DNA of 64,000 nucleotides from Patescibacteria group bacterium (GTDB lineage Bacteria; Patescibacteriota; Patescibacteriia; XYB2-FULL-38-15): NCBI GenBank assembly GCA_041737355.1, contig JBGSRW010000007.1, positions 10,556 to 74,555 of the forward strand, read 5' to 3'. Shown piece by piece: positions 9,600 to 19,451 of this stretch (position 1 is its first letter; each line of letters starts with the position of its first letter). The notes under the pieces were generated by a model. It saw only the letters and a program-made list of their open reading frames with translations, ran no database searches and was not told where the DNA came from. The position numbers and the translations under genes were made by a program.

Positions 9600-9905
9600 A
9601 TGAAGAAGCATAACTTTATCTCCTTCCCTAAACGCGAATGGAAAACTTTAAGAAAAGTCCTGTCAGAGAAAAAAATTTGTTCGACCGTCCGCTGTTGCAA
9701 GGAACTTGGTAAATATAAAACCGGGAAAATTTATAAAACTCCCTGGGGAGATTTGGTAAAAATCATAAGCGTAAAAAAATATTATAATCCGGAAAAAATT
9801 CCTACCTGGAAATTTTTTGACAAAGGGATGAAAATTTCCGTAAATAAGGGAAAAGTCTACGGAGATGAAAAGTGGGATTTTATCTCTTTTAAGTTGACAA
9901 AATAG
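9600..9905 (+). CDS. hypothetical small basic protein
   Basis: ATG at 9600 sits just downstream of the tRNA. The track ORF beginning at 9489 overlaps the tRNA and is not credible as a start. 101 aa, Lys-rich, no recognised motif. Confidence 0.35.
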   Translation: MKKHNFISFPKREWKTLRKVLSEKKICSTVRCCKELGKYKTGKIYKTPWGDLVKIISVKKYYNPEKIPTWKFFDKGMKISVNKGKVYGDEKWDFISFKLTK

Positions 9906-9978
9906 TTTTTCTCTATTATAATCAAAGATTGAAGGAATTAATTTTTCTGCTCTTAACGGCGGAATTTTTATTTCAGTT

Positions 9979-11793
9979 ATGAACAATATCAGAAACATCG
10001 CCATTATTGCCCACGTTGACCATGGCAAAACTACCCTGGTCGACGCTCTCCTCCACCAATCGGCTACCAAGGTCGGGAAAGAAAATCTCGGCAGAATTTG
10101 TATTATGGATTCAAACGAACTGGAGCGCGAGCGCGGCATTACAATTTTTTCAAAAAATGCTTCGGTGCAATGGGGCGAGACAAAAATAAATATTATTGAT
10201 ACGCCGGGCCACGCCGATTTCGGAGGCGAAGTCGAGCGGGTTTTGAATATGGCCGACGGCTGTCTCTTATTGGTTGATGCCAAAGAGGGGCCGATGCCGC
10301 AAACAAGATTTGTTTTAAAAAAAGCCCTTGAGCTTGGACATAAAATTATTGTTGTTATCAATAAGATTGACAAACCGCACGCCCGGCCGGATTTCGCCTT
10401 GGACAAAACTTTTGATTTATTTGTTGAACTCGGGGCAAACGATCAGTCCCTCGACTTCCCGGTTATTTACGCTTCGGCAAAACAGGGTTTGGCCGGAAAC
10501 GATCCCGATCTTTCAAAAATGAAAGATATCTCGCCGATTTTTGACGCGATTTTAAAACATGTTCCTCCGCCGATCGGCGATGAGAACGCTCCGCTCCAGA
10601 TGCTTGTTGCCAATATCGGCGGTGATAATTTTAAAGGAAGAATCGGCATCGGCCGGGTTATGAACGGGACGCTCCGCGTCGGCCAGGATATAATGCATAT
10701 CAACCGCCTCGGCCAGATGAAAAAATACCGGCTGATATCTCTTATGACTTTCTGCGGCCTTTTGCGAACCGAGACAAAAGAAGTCGCGGCCGGCGACATC
10801 GCCGCCGTAGCGGGAATTCCCGATTTAACTATTGGGGAAACGGTCGCCGATCCGAATGAACCGCACGCCCTGCCGGTTTTGAGCATTGAAGAACCGACCG
10901 TAAAAATGACTTTCACTATTAACGATTCCCCTTTTGCCGGACAAGAGGGCCAATTCACTACTTCCCGCCAAATCAAGGAACGCCTGCAAAAAGAACTGGA
11001 AAACGATATGGCTCTTAAGGTTGAAGACGCGCCCGAGGGCGGATGGACGGTTTCCGGACGAGGCGAACTTCATCTTTCAATTTTAATTGAGAGAATGCGG
11101 CGCGAGGGTTTTGAGCTTCAGGTTTCCCGTCCGAAAGTTATTGAAAGAGAAATCGACGGAAAAAAAATGACGCCTTACGAACGATTCTTTGTCGAAGTTC
11201 CCGAAGCTCATTCCGGAATTGTTATTCAAAAAATCGGCGGACGCAAAGGAGAATTGAAAGACATGAAAACCATGGACGGCATCACCTATCTAGAATTTTT
11301 AATTCCGACCCGGGGTCTTTTCGGTTATCGCAGCGAATTTTTGACCGATACGAGAGGATTGGGAATTATGAACACTAATTTTTATCAATATCTCCCTGAC
11401 CCGGGTAATTGGCGCGAACGGGAGCAGGGATCGCTTGTGGCCCATGAAACCGGCGTCACCAATCTTTATGGCATGATCAATGTCCAGGACCGTGGCGTAT
11501 TTTTCATCGGTCCGGCTGTTAAGGTTTACGAAGGCCAGGTTGTCGGACAAAACGCCCGAACCGGCGATATCCGCGTCAATGTTTGCAAAGCCAAGGAGCT
11601 TTCCAACATGCGCTCCAAGGGCGACGGTTCTGCTGAACACTTTAACGCGCCAAAAACCATGGGGCTTGAAGATGCCCTGGAATATATCGGCGACGATGAG
11701 TTAGTAGAAGTAACTCCGCAAAACGTCCGAATCAGAAAAGTTCATCTGGATGAACTCACCGCCAAACGAATGGCCAGAGCAAACAGAGAATAA
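9979..11793 (+). CDS. typA: translational GTPase TypA/BipA
   Basis: N-terminus 'IRNIAIIAHVDHGKTTLVDALL' and EF-G-like domain order. 604 aa. Confidence 0.93.
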   Translation: MNNIRNIAIIAHVDHGKTTLVDALLHQSATKVGKENLGRICIMDSNELERERGITIFSKNASVQWGETKINIIDTPGHADFGGEVERVLNMADGCLLLVDAKEGPMPQTRFVLKKALELGHKIIVVINKIDKPHARPDFALDKTFDLFVELGANDQSLDFPVIYASAKQGLAGNDPDLSKMKDISPIFDAILKHVPPPIGDENAPLQMLVANIGGDNFKGRIGIGRVMNGTLRVGQDIMHINRLGQMKKYRLISLMTFCGLLRTETKEVAAGDIAAVAGIPDLTIGETVADPNEPHALPVLSIEEPTVKMTFTINDSPFAGQEGQFTTSRQIKERLQKELENDMALKVEDAPEGGWTVSGRGELHLSILIERMRREGFELQVSRPKVIEREIDGKKMTPYERFFVEVPEAHSGIVIQKIGGRKGELKDMKTMDGITYLEFLIPTRGLFGYRSEFLTDTRGLGIMNTNFYQYLPDPGNWREREQGSLVAHETGVTNLYGMINVQDRGVFFIGPAVKVYEGQVVGQNARTGDIRVNVCKAKELSNMRSKGDGSAEHFNAPKTMGLEDALEYIGDDELVEVTPQNVRIRKVHLDELTAKRMARANRE

Positions 11794-11882
11794 ATTTCCA
11801 TAACAAAACTCCGCAACTTTTGGCCACGGAGTTTTTTGTATAACTTGCTTCTACGCCGTAAAATCGTCTACAATACTTTAAT

Positions 11883-12752
11883 ATGCCGCATTATTTTGGA
11901 ATCATTTTTGCTTTAGTCTCGCTCGTCACCTGGGGTTTCGGTGATTTTTTTATCCAAAAAACCGTGCGGGCGGTCGGCAGCTGGAAAGCCCTCTTTTTTA
12001 TCTGCGCCGCGGGTATGGTCGGCATCTTTCCTTTTATTAAAAACGATCTTTCTCTGCTAAACGCCGGAGACTTTTGGTTGCTGGGACTCGCCGGAGTAAC
12101 GATGCTTTTCGCCGCCGTATTTGATTTTGAAGCCTTAAGGCGGGGTAAAATCGCGGTTGTTGAACCTATCCTTGGTCTTGAACTGCCAATCGTTGTCATC
12201 CTAGGCATAACTTTGGGTGGAGATTTCCTCACAAATTTACAGATTCTTCTTATCGTTTTAGTTTTTATCGGAATTATGCTGGCAGTCTTGCAAAGCCGGC
12301 CTGAAAAAAATTACCGCCGGAAAATTTTGGAAAAAGGAATAATTTTAGCCGGAATCGGCGCGGTCATCATGGCTCTGACTAATTTTCTGGTCGGCGTCTC
12401 AAGCCAGGGAGTCTCACCGCTCATGACCATCTGGTTTGCCCATTCTTTTTTAGCCGTCGTAAGCGGCGCCGTCCTTTTATCAAAAGGCGAACTTCGCCGC
12501 CTCTGGACTGATATAAAAAATTATCCGGTGCCGATTATTGGCCAAACTTTTTTTGATAATTTCGCCTGGATTTCTTTCGCCTTTGCTACGACCTTCGTCC
12601 CCATTTCTATCGCCACTACAATCAGCGAAAGCTATATCGCCCTCGCGGTCCTCCTCGGTCTTTTAGTAAATAAAGAAAAAATAAAATTTCACCAAATTGT
12701 CGGCATCTTTTTCGCGATAGCCGGAATCATAACTCTTTCCTATTTTTCCTAA
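11883..12752 (+). CDS. EamA/DMT-family transporter
   Basis: 289 aa with about 10 TM helices and duplicated EamA-like halves. Confidence 0.6.
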   Translation: MPHYFGIIFALVSLVTWGFGDFFIQKTVRAVGSWKALFFICAAGMVGIFPFIKNDLSLLNAGDFWLLGLAGVTMLFAAVFDFEALRRGKIAVVEPILGLELPIVVILGITLGGDFLTNLQILLIVLVFIGIMLAVLQSRPEKNYRRKILEKGIILAGIGAVIMALTNFLVGVSSQGVSPLMTIWFAHSFLAVVSGAVLLSKGELRRLWTDIKNYPVPIIGQTFFDNFAWISFAFATTFVPISIATTISESYIALAVLLGLLVNKEKIKFHQIVGIFFAIAGIITLSYFS

Positions 12753-12817
12753 AAAAATTTAAATTTCCATAACAAAACTCCGCGACTTTTGGCCGCGGAG
12801 TTTTTTGATTCAGAAAT

Positions 12818-13192
12818 TTAGAATTTTAACATCTTGGCAAATTGGCCGACTACCGGTACGGGCTCTTCCTTGCCTTGGGAAGCGTTTACGATTCCCAGAA
12901 CTACGAGCACCAAAAGCCCGAGCTGGAGCAAACGTAAAATCCAGAAAAGGAATGAAAACTGCCACCACCAATACCAGGGAATCATCATATTGAGAAGCCA
13001 GATAATCACACCGATGCAGAAAAGCACCAGTCCCTGTTTTACGTGATATTTAACGAACGGTTCTTTGTGGGCTCCGGTCAGGAGCGGAATAAAAAACAGG
13101 ATATAGGCAATTATTGCCATGCCCGTGTTCTTCTCTCCACCGGATGGCGCCTTCGGCGCCTCGGCCGGCATCCCTTGCTTTTGTTCTTCCAT
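12818..13192 (-). CDS. small membrane protein (DUF4870/TM2-like)
   Basis: 124 aa with 3 TM helices and a Trp-rich loop ('IPWYWWWQF'). Confidence 0.4.
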   Translation of the reverse strand: MEEQKQGMPAEAPKAPSGGEKNTGMAIIAYILFFIPLLTGAHKEPFVKYHVKQGLVLFCIGVIIWLLNMMIPWYWWWQFSFLFWILRLLQLGLLVLVVLGIVNASQGKEEPVPVVGQFAKMLKF

Positions 13193-13231
13193 AGGATTAG
13201 AAAGTTAGATTATGAATAATTTTTCTATCTG

Positions 13232-13858
13232 CTAGTTCCCAAACGACGGCATCTTAAAAACCACTACTACTAATTCCTGGCTGTCATTATCGGCGGAGAA
13301 GGTGTGCTGCTCTCCGTTTTTACTCGCGAGGATAGTTGCCGAACCGTCCGATTGCCCGCTCGAGGTTATACTATAGCCATTGCTTGTCAGGGCACTCGTG
13401 AGCTTGTTCGCGTCTCCCGAAGCAAAAACTCTCTTCAGGGTAAAGGTAACCGATCCGGAATCATCTCCCATACCCGTTATATTGCTGAAAAATCCAGTCA
13501 ATTTAGCTCCGCCAAAAACCTCTGCCAGAATAGGTTTTATTTCCGAGTTGGCCTTATCAACCAAAGCGCCGCCTCCCCCTACCTCCTCCGCCCCTCCATA
13601 AACATCGGCGGGAGATTGTTCTTCTTGCGCTCCTTCGGGCGGCCAATTATTACCAGTCTCTCCGGCAAACTTGCTGGCTTCTTCCGCTAATTTTGCCAAA
13701 TCACCGGCATTTTTTCCGGAAAAAGCATTCCCTAAATCGCCAACGAGTTGGCGGACAGCTCTCTCCCTTTGATATCTCTGCCAGGCAAAATAACCGCCGA
13801 CAACAACGATCACTGCTATTACCACGATAATAGGAGTAAGGTACTTGTTTTTCTCCAT
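13232..13858 (-). CDS. membrane-anchored hypothetical protein
   Basis: N-terminal TM helix followed by a Gly/Ala/Ser-rich soluble region. No recognisable motif. Confidence 0.4.
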   Translation of the reverse strand: MEKNKYLTPIIVVIAVIVVVGGYFAWQRYQRERAVRQLVGDLGNAFSGKNAGDLAKLAEEASKFAGETGNNWPPEGAQEEQSPADVYGGAEEVGGGGALVDKANSEIKPILAEVFGGAKLTGFFSNITGMGDDSGSVTFTLKRVFASGDANKLTSALTSNGYSITSSGQSDGSATILASKNGEQHTFSADNDSQELVVVVFKMPSFGN

Positions 13859-13968
13859 ATTTTTTAAATTTATTCCCGACGCAGAAAACGCTTCGGGTAT
13901 TCGTTAATTATGTCTTTCTAGAGTATAGCAAATTTAAAACAGAACAGGAATACCCTTTATAAAAATGT

Positions 13969-13996
13969 TTTGCCTACCCCGCGTTTGTGCTATAAT
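13969..13996 (+). promoter_or_regulatory. candidate sigma70-type promoter for galU operon
   Basis: TTGCCT, 16 nt spacer, TATAAT, located about 50 nt upstream of the galU ATG. Confidence 0.4.
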
Positions 13997-14043
13997 TAAC
14001 AAAGGAATTATCATAGCCAATAAATTATCAATTTCCCATTGTT

Positions 14044-14916
14044 ATGTCACAAAAAATCCGCAAAGTTATTATCCCGGTCGCCGGTTATGGGACAAGATTT
14101 CTCCCGGCTACCAAGGCCCAGCCCAAAGAAATGCTTCCCATCGTCGATAAACCGGTTATTCAATATATCGTCGAAGAGGCGGTCGCTTCGGGCATTACCG
14201 ACGTTATTCTCGTAACCGGCGCCTCGAAAAGAGCCGTTGAAGACCATTTCGACTATAATTTCGAGCTCCAAAATTGGCTGAAAAAACAAGGAAAAGAAGA
14301 AGTCCGCCAAGAACTAAAAAATATCGCTGACATGGCGAATTTTATTTATATCCGCCAAAAAGGACCATACGGCAACGCCACCCCGGTCCTAAACTGCCGA
14401 CAAGTCGTGGGCGACGAGCCCTTTGCCGTCCTTTCGGGAGACGACCTGATTCTTGGAGCTAAAAAACCTCGCCTGAAACAACTGATTGAGGCTTACGAAA
14501 AATATACCGACCCGGTTATTACCGCCATGAAAGTAACCAAAGAAGAAACTAAAAAATACGGCATGTTGGACGCGGTAAAAACCGAAAAAAATATTTATCA
14601 GGTGAAAAAAATCGTGGAAAAGCCGGGCCCGGAAAAAACTCCCTCATTGCTTGCCACTCTTTACGGATACGTTCTTACACCGGATATTTTTGACGAACTG
14701 GATAAATTAAAACCGGGAGCCGGCGGAGAATTCTGGCTGCCGGAAGCCATCGCCGGATTACTCAAAAAACGACCGGTTTACGCCTGCGAAATCGACGGGA
14801 CATATTACGACGCCGGTTCAAAACTCGGCTGGCTCAAGGCAAACGTTGATCTCGCGCTGAAGCGTCCAGACCTCAAAGCCGGCTTTACCCAATATTTGAA
14901 AAAATTAAAAATATAG
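14044..14916 (+). CDS. galU: UTP--glucose-1-phosphate uridylyltransferase
   Basis: N-terminus 'KVIIPVAGYGTRFLPATKAQPKEMLPIVDKPVIQYIVEEA' is diagnostic of GalU. Confidence 0.9.
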   Translation: MSQKIRKVIIPVAGYGTRFLPATKAQPKEMLPIVDKPVIQYIVEEAVASGITDVILVTGASKRAVEDHFDYNFELQNWLKKQGKEEVRQELKNIADMANFIYIRQKGPYGNATPVLNCRQVVGDEPFAVLSGDDLILGAKKPRLKQLIEAYEKYTDPVITAMKVTKEETKKYGMLDAVKTEKNIYQVKKIVEKPGPEKTPSLLATLYGYVLTPDIFDELDKLKPGAGGEFWLPEAIAGLLKKRPVYACEIDGTYYDAGSKLGWLKANVDLALKRPDLKAGFTQYLKKLKI

Positions 14917-14920
14917 AGCT

Positions 14921-16315
14921 ATGAATAGGAAAACTTTAGGCATTTTTCTTTTGCTGGCTTTCATCGTCACGGCCGGCCCGATTTGCAAAGGTACTTCGCA
15001 AGAAGTTGCCGAAGCCATGAAACCGGTAAACCTGACTTATTGGCGAGTTTTTGACGACGGAGACTCAATGAACGATATTATTTCCGCGTACCGCCTCGTC
15101 CATCCGAACGTTTCCGTTACTTACCGGAAATTTCGCTATGAAGAATATGAACAACAACTCCTGAATGCCTTCGCCGAAGACCGTGGCCCGGATCTTTTTT
15201 CCATCCCGAATACCTGGGTAAAAGAATATGAAACGAAAATTTTGCCGATGCCGAAATCCATAACCTTGCCTTACCAGATAACCACCGGCACGATCAAAAA
15301 AGAAACGATAATCGAACTGCGCACGGCCGCAACGTTAAGCCTCCGGGCTCTTAAAACCGATTTTGCCGACCAAGTTGCCAAAGACGCGATTTTAAAATAC
15401 CAAGAAGAAGGCCAACCGCTTGAAGAAAGAGTTTTTGCCCTGCCTTTTTATATGGATACCTTAGCTCTTTTTTACAACCGGGACATTCTGAATGCCGCCG
15501 GACTGCCCGAGGCGCCCCGCAACTGGACGGAATTCCAGCAGGCGGTTAAAAAAATTACCAAAATAGATAAGCAAGGAAATATTATCCAGTCCGGAGCGGC
15601 TCTTGGCACGGCTTATAATGTCGAGCGGGCACCCGATATTCTCTCGCTCTTAATGATGCAAAACGGTACGGCCATGACCGACGACGGCGGCAGTGCGACT
15701 TTTGCCAATATCCCGCCGGGCGGAACAATGCCAAACCCGCCGGGCGAAGACGCTCTCGGATTTTATACCGACTTTGCCTCTCCGTATAAAGAAGTTTTTA
15801 CCTGGAACGCGGCCATGCCCGCCTCGCTTGAAGCCTTTACGACCGGCCGGACCGCTTTCTTCTTCGGTTACTCTTACCATATTCCGCAAATCAAAAACGC
15901 GGCGCCAAAACTTAATTTCGCCGTGGCTAAAATGCCGCAGATTGAAGGAGGACAGGAAGTCAATTTTGCCAACTACTGGATGGAAACCGTTTCTAAAAAA
16001 ACAAAAAACCCAAACGAAGCCTGGGATTTCATCCAATTCACGGCAAAAGCGGAAAATGCCCAAAAATTCCTTGCTAAAACAAAAAAGCCGACCGCTCTCC
16101 GGTCTCTTATCGCAAACCAGATTGAGGATTTGGATCTTTCGATTTTTGCCTCGCAAATTTTGACGGGGAAAAGTTGGTATCATGGCTACGACGCTCCGGC
16201 CGCCGAAAAAATATTTGAGGACATGACCGAACAGATCGTGGCCGGCGCGCAAACTCCGAAAGAAGCTATTAATTGGGCGCAAGGGAGAATTAACCAGACC
16301 ATGCGGCCCCAGTAA
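14921..16315 (+). CDS. extracellular solute-binding protein (ABC transporter SBP family 1, sugar-type)
   Basis: Signal peptide and overall SBP_bac_1-like composition. No permease or ATPase gene is adjacent. Confidence 0.6.
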   Translation: MNRKTLGIFLLLAFIVTAGPICKGTSQEVAEAMKPVNLTYWRVFDDGDSMNDIISAYRLVHPNVSVTYRKFRYEEYEQQLLNAFAEDRGPDLFSIPNTWVKEYETKILPMPKSITLPYQITTGTIKKETIIELRTAATLSLRALKTDFADQVAKDAILKYQEEGQPLEERVFALPFYMDTLALFYNRDILNAAGLPEAPRNWTEFQQAVKKITKIDKQGNIIQSGAALGTAYNVERAPDILSLLMMQNGTAMTDDGGSATFANIPPGGTMPNPPGEDALGFYTDFASPYKEVFTWNAAMPASLEAFTTGRTAFFFGYSYHIPQIKNAAPKLNFAVAKMPQIEGGQEVNFANYWMETVSKKTKNPNEAWDFIQFTAKAENAQKFLAKTKKPTALRSLIANQIEDLDLSIFASQILTGKSWYHGYDAPAAEKIFEDMTEQIVAGAQTPKEAINWAQGRINQTMRPQ

Positions 16316-16339
16316 ATCGTTTTACCTTATAACAAAAAT

Positions 16340-16828
16340 ATGGCAAAAAAATTATTCTTAGTTTCTCTCGTCGCGATTTTTTTCTTTCTTGTCGCCTCTC
16401 CTGTTCTCGCTTCCTGGCCGGCTACCCCGCTTTTGCCGCCCTGCGCAACCGGCGCCCAACTGGGAACTGCTGAATCTCCCCGATGTGGTTTTAACGATTT
16501 TATTCTACTTGGCGTCAATCTGACTAAATTAATTCTAAGTATTGTCGGATCATTAGCCCTGCTTTTCTTTGTCTACGGCGGAGTAATGTTTTTGATCGCC
16601 GGAGGAAAATCGGAAGCGGTGACCAAAGGAAAAACAATTATCACAAATGCCGTGATTGGTTTGGCCATTGTGCTTGGCGCCTGGGTTATTGTTAATTTTG
16701 CCATTGCCGCCCTCACCGGAACTTCGGTCGGAAGCGTAAAACTTTTCGGCACGCAAAATTGGTGGATAACTCCCGGCGCGGAAAAAACAACCCCGCCTGA
16801 AGGCGAAACGCCAACTCCTACACCATAA
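16340..16828 (+). CDS. pilin-like protein 1 (TrbC/VirB2-like 'T4SS pilin' family), Thr/Pro tail
   Basis: Signal peptide followed by the conserved module 'LILSIVGSLALLFFVYGGVMFLIAGGKSEAVTKGKTIITNAVIGLAIVLGAWVIVNF'. C-terminal tail 'TPPEGETPTPTP'. Confidence 0.55.
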   Translation: MAKKLFLVSLVAIFFFLVASPVLASWPATPLLPPCATGAQLGTAESPRCGFNDFILLGVNLTKLILSIVGSLALLFFVYGGVMFLIAGGKSEAVTKGKTIITNAVIGLAIVLGAWVIVNFAIAALTGTSVGSVKLFGTQNWWITPGAEKTTPPEGETPTPTP

Positions 16829-16835
16829 AAATTTT

Positions 16836-17711
16836 ATGAAAAATCCTCAAAAAAAATCTTCTTTACTGTTCAGAGTTTCTTTTATTTCTCTTTTATTGTT
16901 TACAAGTTTTTATCAAAATGCTTCAGCCGCAAGAACGGCATTAGAAATTTACTCTGACGTCGAAGCTGTAGTAACACAAATCGAAAACGAACATAGCGCA
17001 GCGCTTTCGGGTGGTGAAGCAACAAGGCGAGACGGCGAAGCTGCTTCCGCGGCGGCACAAGAAGCGGCAGATCAGGCGAGAGAAGCTCAAAATTCAGGAA
17101 ATCTCGAGGCACTACAAAGGGCTAATAGTATCCTCGCTGCCGCGAACGATATGCTCACTAAATCTAGCGCTGTTATAGAGGTTGCAACCAGAAGAATAGC
17201 CGCAGCCTCTGCCGCCGTTCCGGCAGCCTCTGCCGCCGTTGATGCAATTACCATCGCTATGCGGGACGAAACTCCGGCAAACATAGCTGCTGCCGAAACT
17301 GCACTCACGGCGGCTCGAGCCGCGCTAGCCACAGCTGAAACGGCTTTTGATGCAATAGCGGCGCCATATAATCTTTATCTGGACGCAAAGGCAACTTACG
17401 AAAGATTGAAAGGATCACCGGTTGGCGGCTCCGTGACTAGCGGTACCGAATCAGTCGAATTTGATTCGCCAATCGGCAAACTTTCCCCCGCCCAGCTAAT
17501 AGGCAAGGCGATTAAAGCCGTTTTGGGAATTATCGGCGCGATTGCTCTCCTGATGTTTGTCTATGGCGGCTTGATGTGGATGCTTTCCGGCGGCTCGGCG
17601 GACAAAATAAAAAAAGCCCAGGGAGTATTAATTTGGGCAACCATTGGTCTTGCCGTAATTTTTGCAAGTTATACTCTAGTAGACTTTGTCCTACAACAAT
17701 TTGGAGTTTAA
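16836..17711 (+). CDS. pilin-like protein 2 with Ala-rich repetitive N-terminal domain
   Basis: C-terminal module 'LIGKAIKAVLGIIGAIALLMFVYGGLMWMLSGGSADKIKKAQGVLIWATIGLAVIFASYTLVDF'. About 150 aa Ala-rich helical region containing a 21 nt tandem repeat. Confidence 0.55.
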   Translation: MKNPQKKSSLLFRVSFISLLLFTSFYQNASAARTALEIYSDVEAVVTQIENEHSAALSGGEATRRDGEAASAAAQEAADQAREAQNSGNLEALQRANSILAAANDMLTKSSAVIEVATRRIAAASAAVPAASAAVDAITIAMRDETPANIAAAETALTAARAALATAETAFDAIAAPYNLYLDAKATYERLKGSPVGGSVTSGTESVEFDSPIGKLSPAQLIGKAIKAVLGIIGAIALLMFVYGGLMWMLSGGSADKIKKAQGVLIWATIGLAVIFASYTLVDFVLQQFGV

Positions 17712-17714
17712 AAA

Positions 17715-18125
17715 ATGAAAAAATATACAAAAAATTTTGCTGACGCGACGCTGATTGCCCTTTTTTCTCTTTTGTTGATTGGCTCTTTCGGACACATCGC
17801 TTTTGGGCAAACAACTCCGGCCGTAAATCTTCCGACCGGGGAGGCGCCGCCCATGATTAACCTGGAAAATCCGCTCGGGGGTTCAACCAGCGAAGTTTCC
17901 GTCCCCCAAATTATTGGTAATATTATTAAGACAATTCTTACTGTCGTTGGCGCTCTGGCCTTAGCCATGTTTATTTACGGCGGATTTACCTGGCTTACTT
18001 CTGGCGGAAGTTCCGAAAAAATTACAAAAGGCAAAGATATTCTTATTTGGGCGACAATTGGTCTGGCCGTTATCTTTTCAAGCTATACTTTGGTCGATTT
18101 TTTGTTAAAGGCTTTTGGATTATAA
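17715..18125 (+). CDS. pilin-like protein 3
   Basis: Module 'IIGNIIKTILTVVGALALAMFIYGGFTWLTSGGSSEKITKGKDILIWATIGLAVIFSSYTLVDF'. Confidence 0.55.
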   Translation: MKKYTKNFADATLIALFSLLLIGSFGHIAFGQTTPAVNLPTGEAPPMINLENPLGGSTSEVSVPQIIGNIIKTILTVVGALALAMFIYGGFTWLTSGGSSEKITKGKDILIWATIGLAVIFSSYTLVDFLLKAFGL

Positions 18126-18126
18126 A

Positions 18127-19011
18127 ATGAAAAAAAAGATTAAAAACCTGGCTATTTTTATATTCGCCCTGCTTTTAAGCATCGCTCTTTGGGGGGCCGG
18201 AAACGTTAACGCCGAAGAAACAAGCCCTTGCTATTGCATTCCCCCGGGTACAAGTTGGCTTCTCGTTGGAGACTGCGCCGAATGCCCGGGAGCTTGCGCC
18301 GCCTCCTTTAACTTAGGGAGCGACAATTTTACGCAAAGAACTTGCGGAGAGGCTGATCCTATAGCTCCCGGAGCAAAAAAATGTTTTTGCCAAATACAAA
18401 TTACCACACCCCCGGCCATGCCCCTTGACGAATGCATCGACGGATGTGCCGGGAACCATTACAGCTACATCTGGACCCCGCCTTCTTCCCCCGTCGAGGA
18501 AGGAGATAGTTGCGCAACTCCGGAAGATTGTTCCGGCGGAGGGACGTGCGGTGAAAACCGATGCTTTTGCAACAGTGAAACCAGCCGATGTGATTTCAAA
18601 TATGAAAACGACGCGGATTGTACCAAGGATGATCAATGCCAATCGGGTTACTGCAAAGAATTCTATTCTTATACCGTGGGCAGCAATGTTAAAAAATGTA
18701 CCGCTGCGGGAGCGCGCCCTCCCCAGCCTTCTGAATCGGAACTTTTTCCGACTTATAACTTGAATTCACCTATTGGGGAAGTGAGCGCCCCGGGGCTTAT
18801 TGGCCGTATTATCAAGTCTGTTATCTCAATTGTCGGCGCTCTGGCTTTGGCCATGTTTATTTACGGCGGATTTACCTGGTTGACCTCGGGAGGCAGCTCT
18901 GATAAAATTAAGAAAGGCCGGGATATTTTAATCTGGGCGACGATCGGCCTTATCGTGATTTTCGCAAGTTATACTTTGGTGGATTTTTTGCTAAGAGCCT
19001 TTGGATTATAA
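18127..19011 (+). CDS. pilin-like protein 4 with Cys-rich N-terminal ectodomain
   Basis: Start moved to the ATG at 18127 (MKKKIKN...). The signal peptide is followed by about 170 aa containing 24 Cys residues in CxC/CFC motifs. The C-terminal module is almost identical to protein 3. Confidence 0.55.
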   Translation: MKKKIKNLAIFIFALLLSIALWGAGNVNAEETSPCYCIPPGTSWLLVGDCAECPGACAASFNLGSDNFTQRTCGEADPIAPGAKKCFCQIQITTPPAMPLDECIDGCAGNHYSYIWTPPSSPVEEGDSCATPEDCSGGGTCGENRCFCNSETSRCDFKYENDADCTKDDQCQSGYCKEFYSYTVGSNVKKCTAAGARPPQPSESELFPTYNLNSPIGEVSAPGLIGRIIKSVISIVGALALAMFIYGGFTWLTSGGSSDKIKKGRDILIWATIGLIVIFASYTLVDFLLRAFGL

Positions 19012-19067
19012 ATATTATCTTTTAGCCTTCCTAACCGTCGGCTAAACCCGAAAGGGGGTGAAAAAAA

Positions 19068-19436
19068 ATGAAAAAATTGTTTGTTTTCCTGACTATTGCC
19101 AGTCTCTTAACTCCAGTTTTAGTCGCCGCGCAAACTAATGACATTTTGGGCCTGAATGTTATTAACAACGCCAACATCGGTCTTACCGCCACTGATCCGA
19201 GAGCTACCGCCGCGAGAATCATCAACGTAGCCTTGGGCTTTTTGGGTATCATCGCCGTTGTCATTGTCCTTTACGGAGGCTTCATGTGGATGACCGCCGC
19301 GGGTAACGAAGAGAGAATTAGCAAAGCCAAACAGATTTTGACCGCCGGTGTTATCGGTTTGGTGATCATCATTATGGCTTGGGCAATCGCGAGCTATGTC
19401 GTAACAACCTTGATGAATGTGACGAGAACACCATAA
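19068..19436 (+). CDS. pilin-like protein 5
   Basis: Module 'IINVALGFLGIIAVVIVLYGGFMWMTAAGNEERISKAKQILTAGVIGLVIIIMAWAIASY'. GGGGGTG RBS. Confidence 0.55.
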   Translation: MKKLFVFLTIASLLTPVLVAAQTNDILGLNVINNANIGLTATDPRATAARIINVALGFLGIIAVVIVLYGGFMWMTAAGNEERISKAKQILTAGVIGLVIIIMAWAIASYVVTTLMNVTRTP

Positions 19437-19451
19437 TTCAAAAATGTGAAT

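Noticed and set aside
9489-9905. Track ORF of 138 aa starting inside tRNA-Ser
   Set aside because: The start overlaps the tRNA gene. A plausible CDS begins only at the ATG at 9600, so the longer ORF is an artefact of the first-ATG rule.
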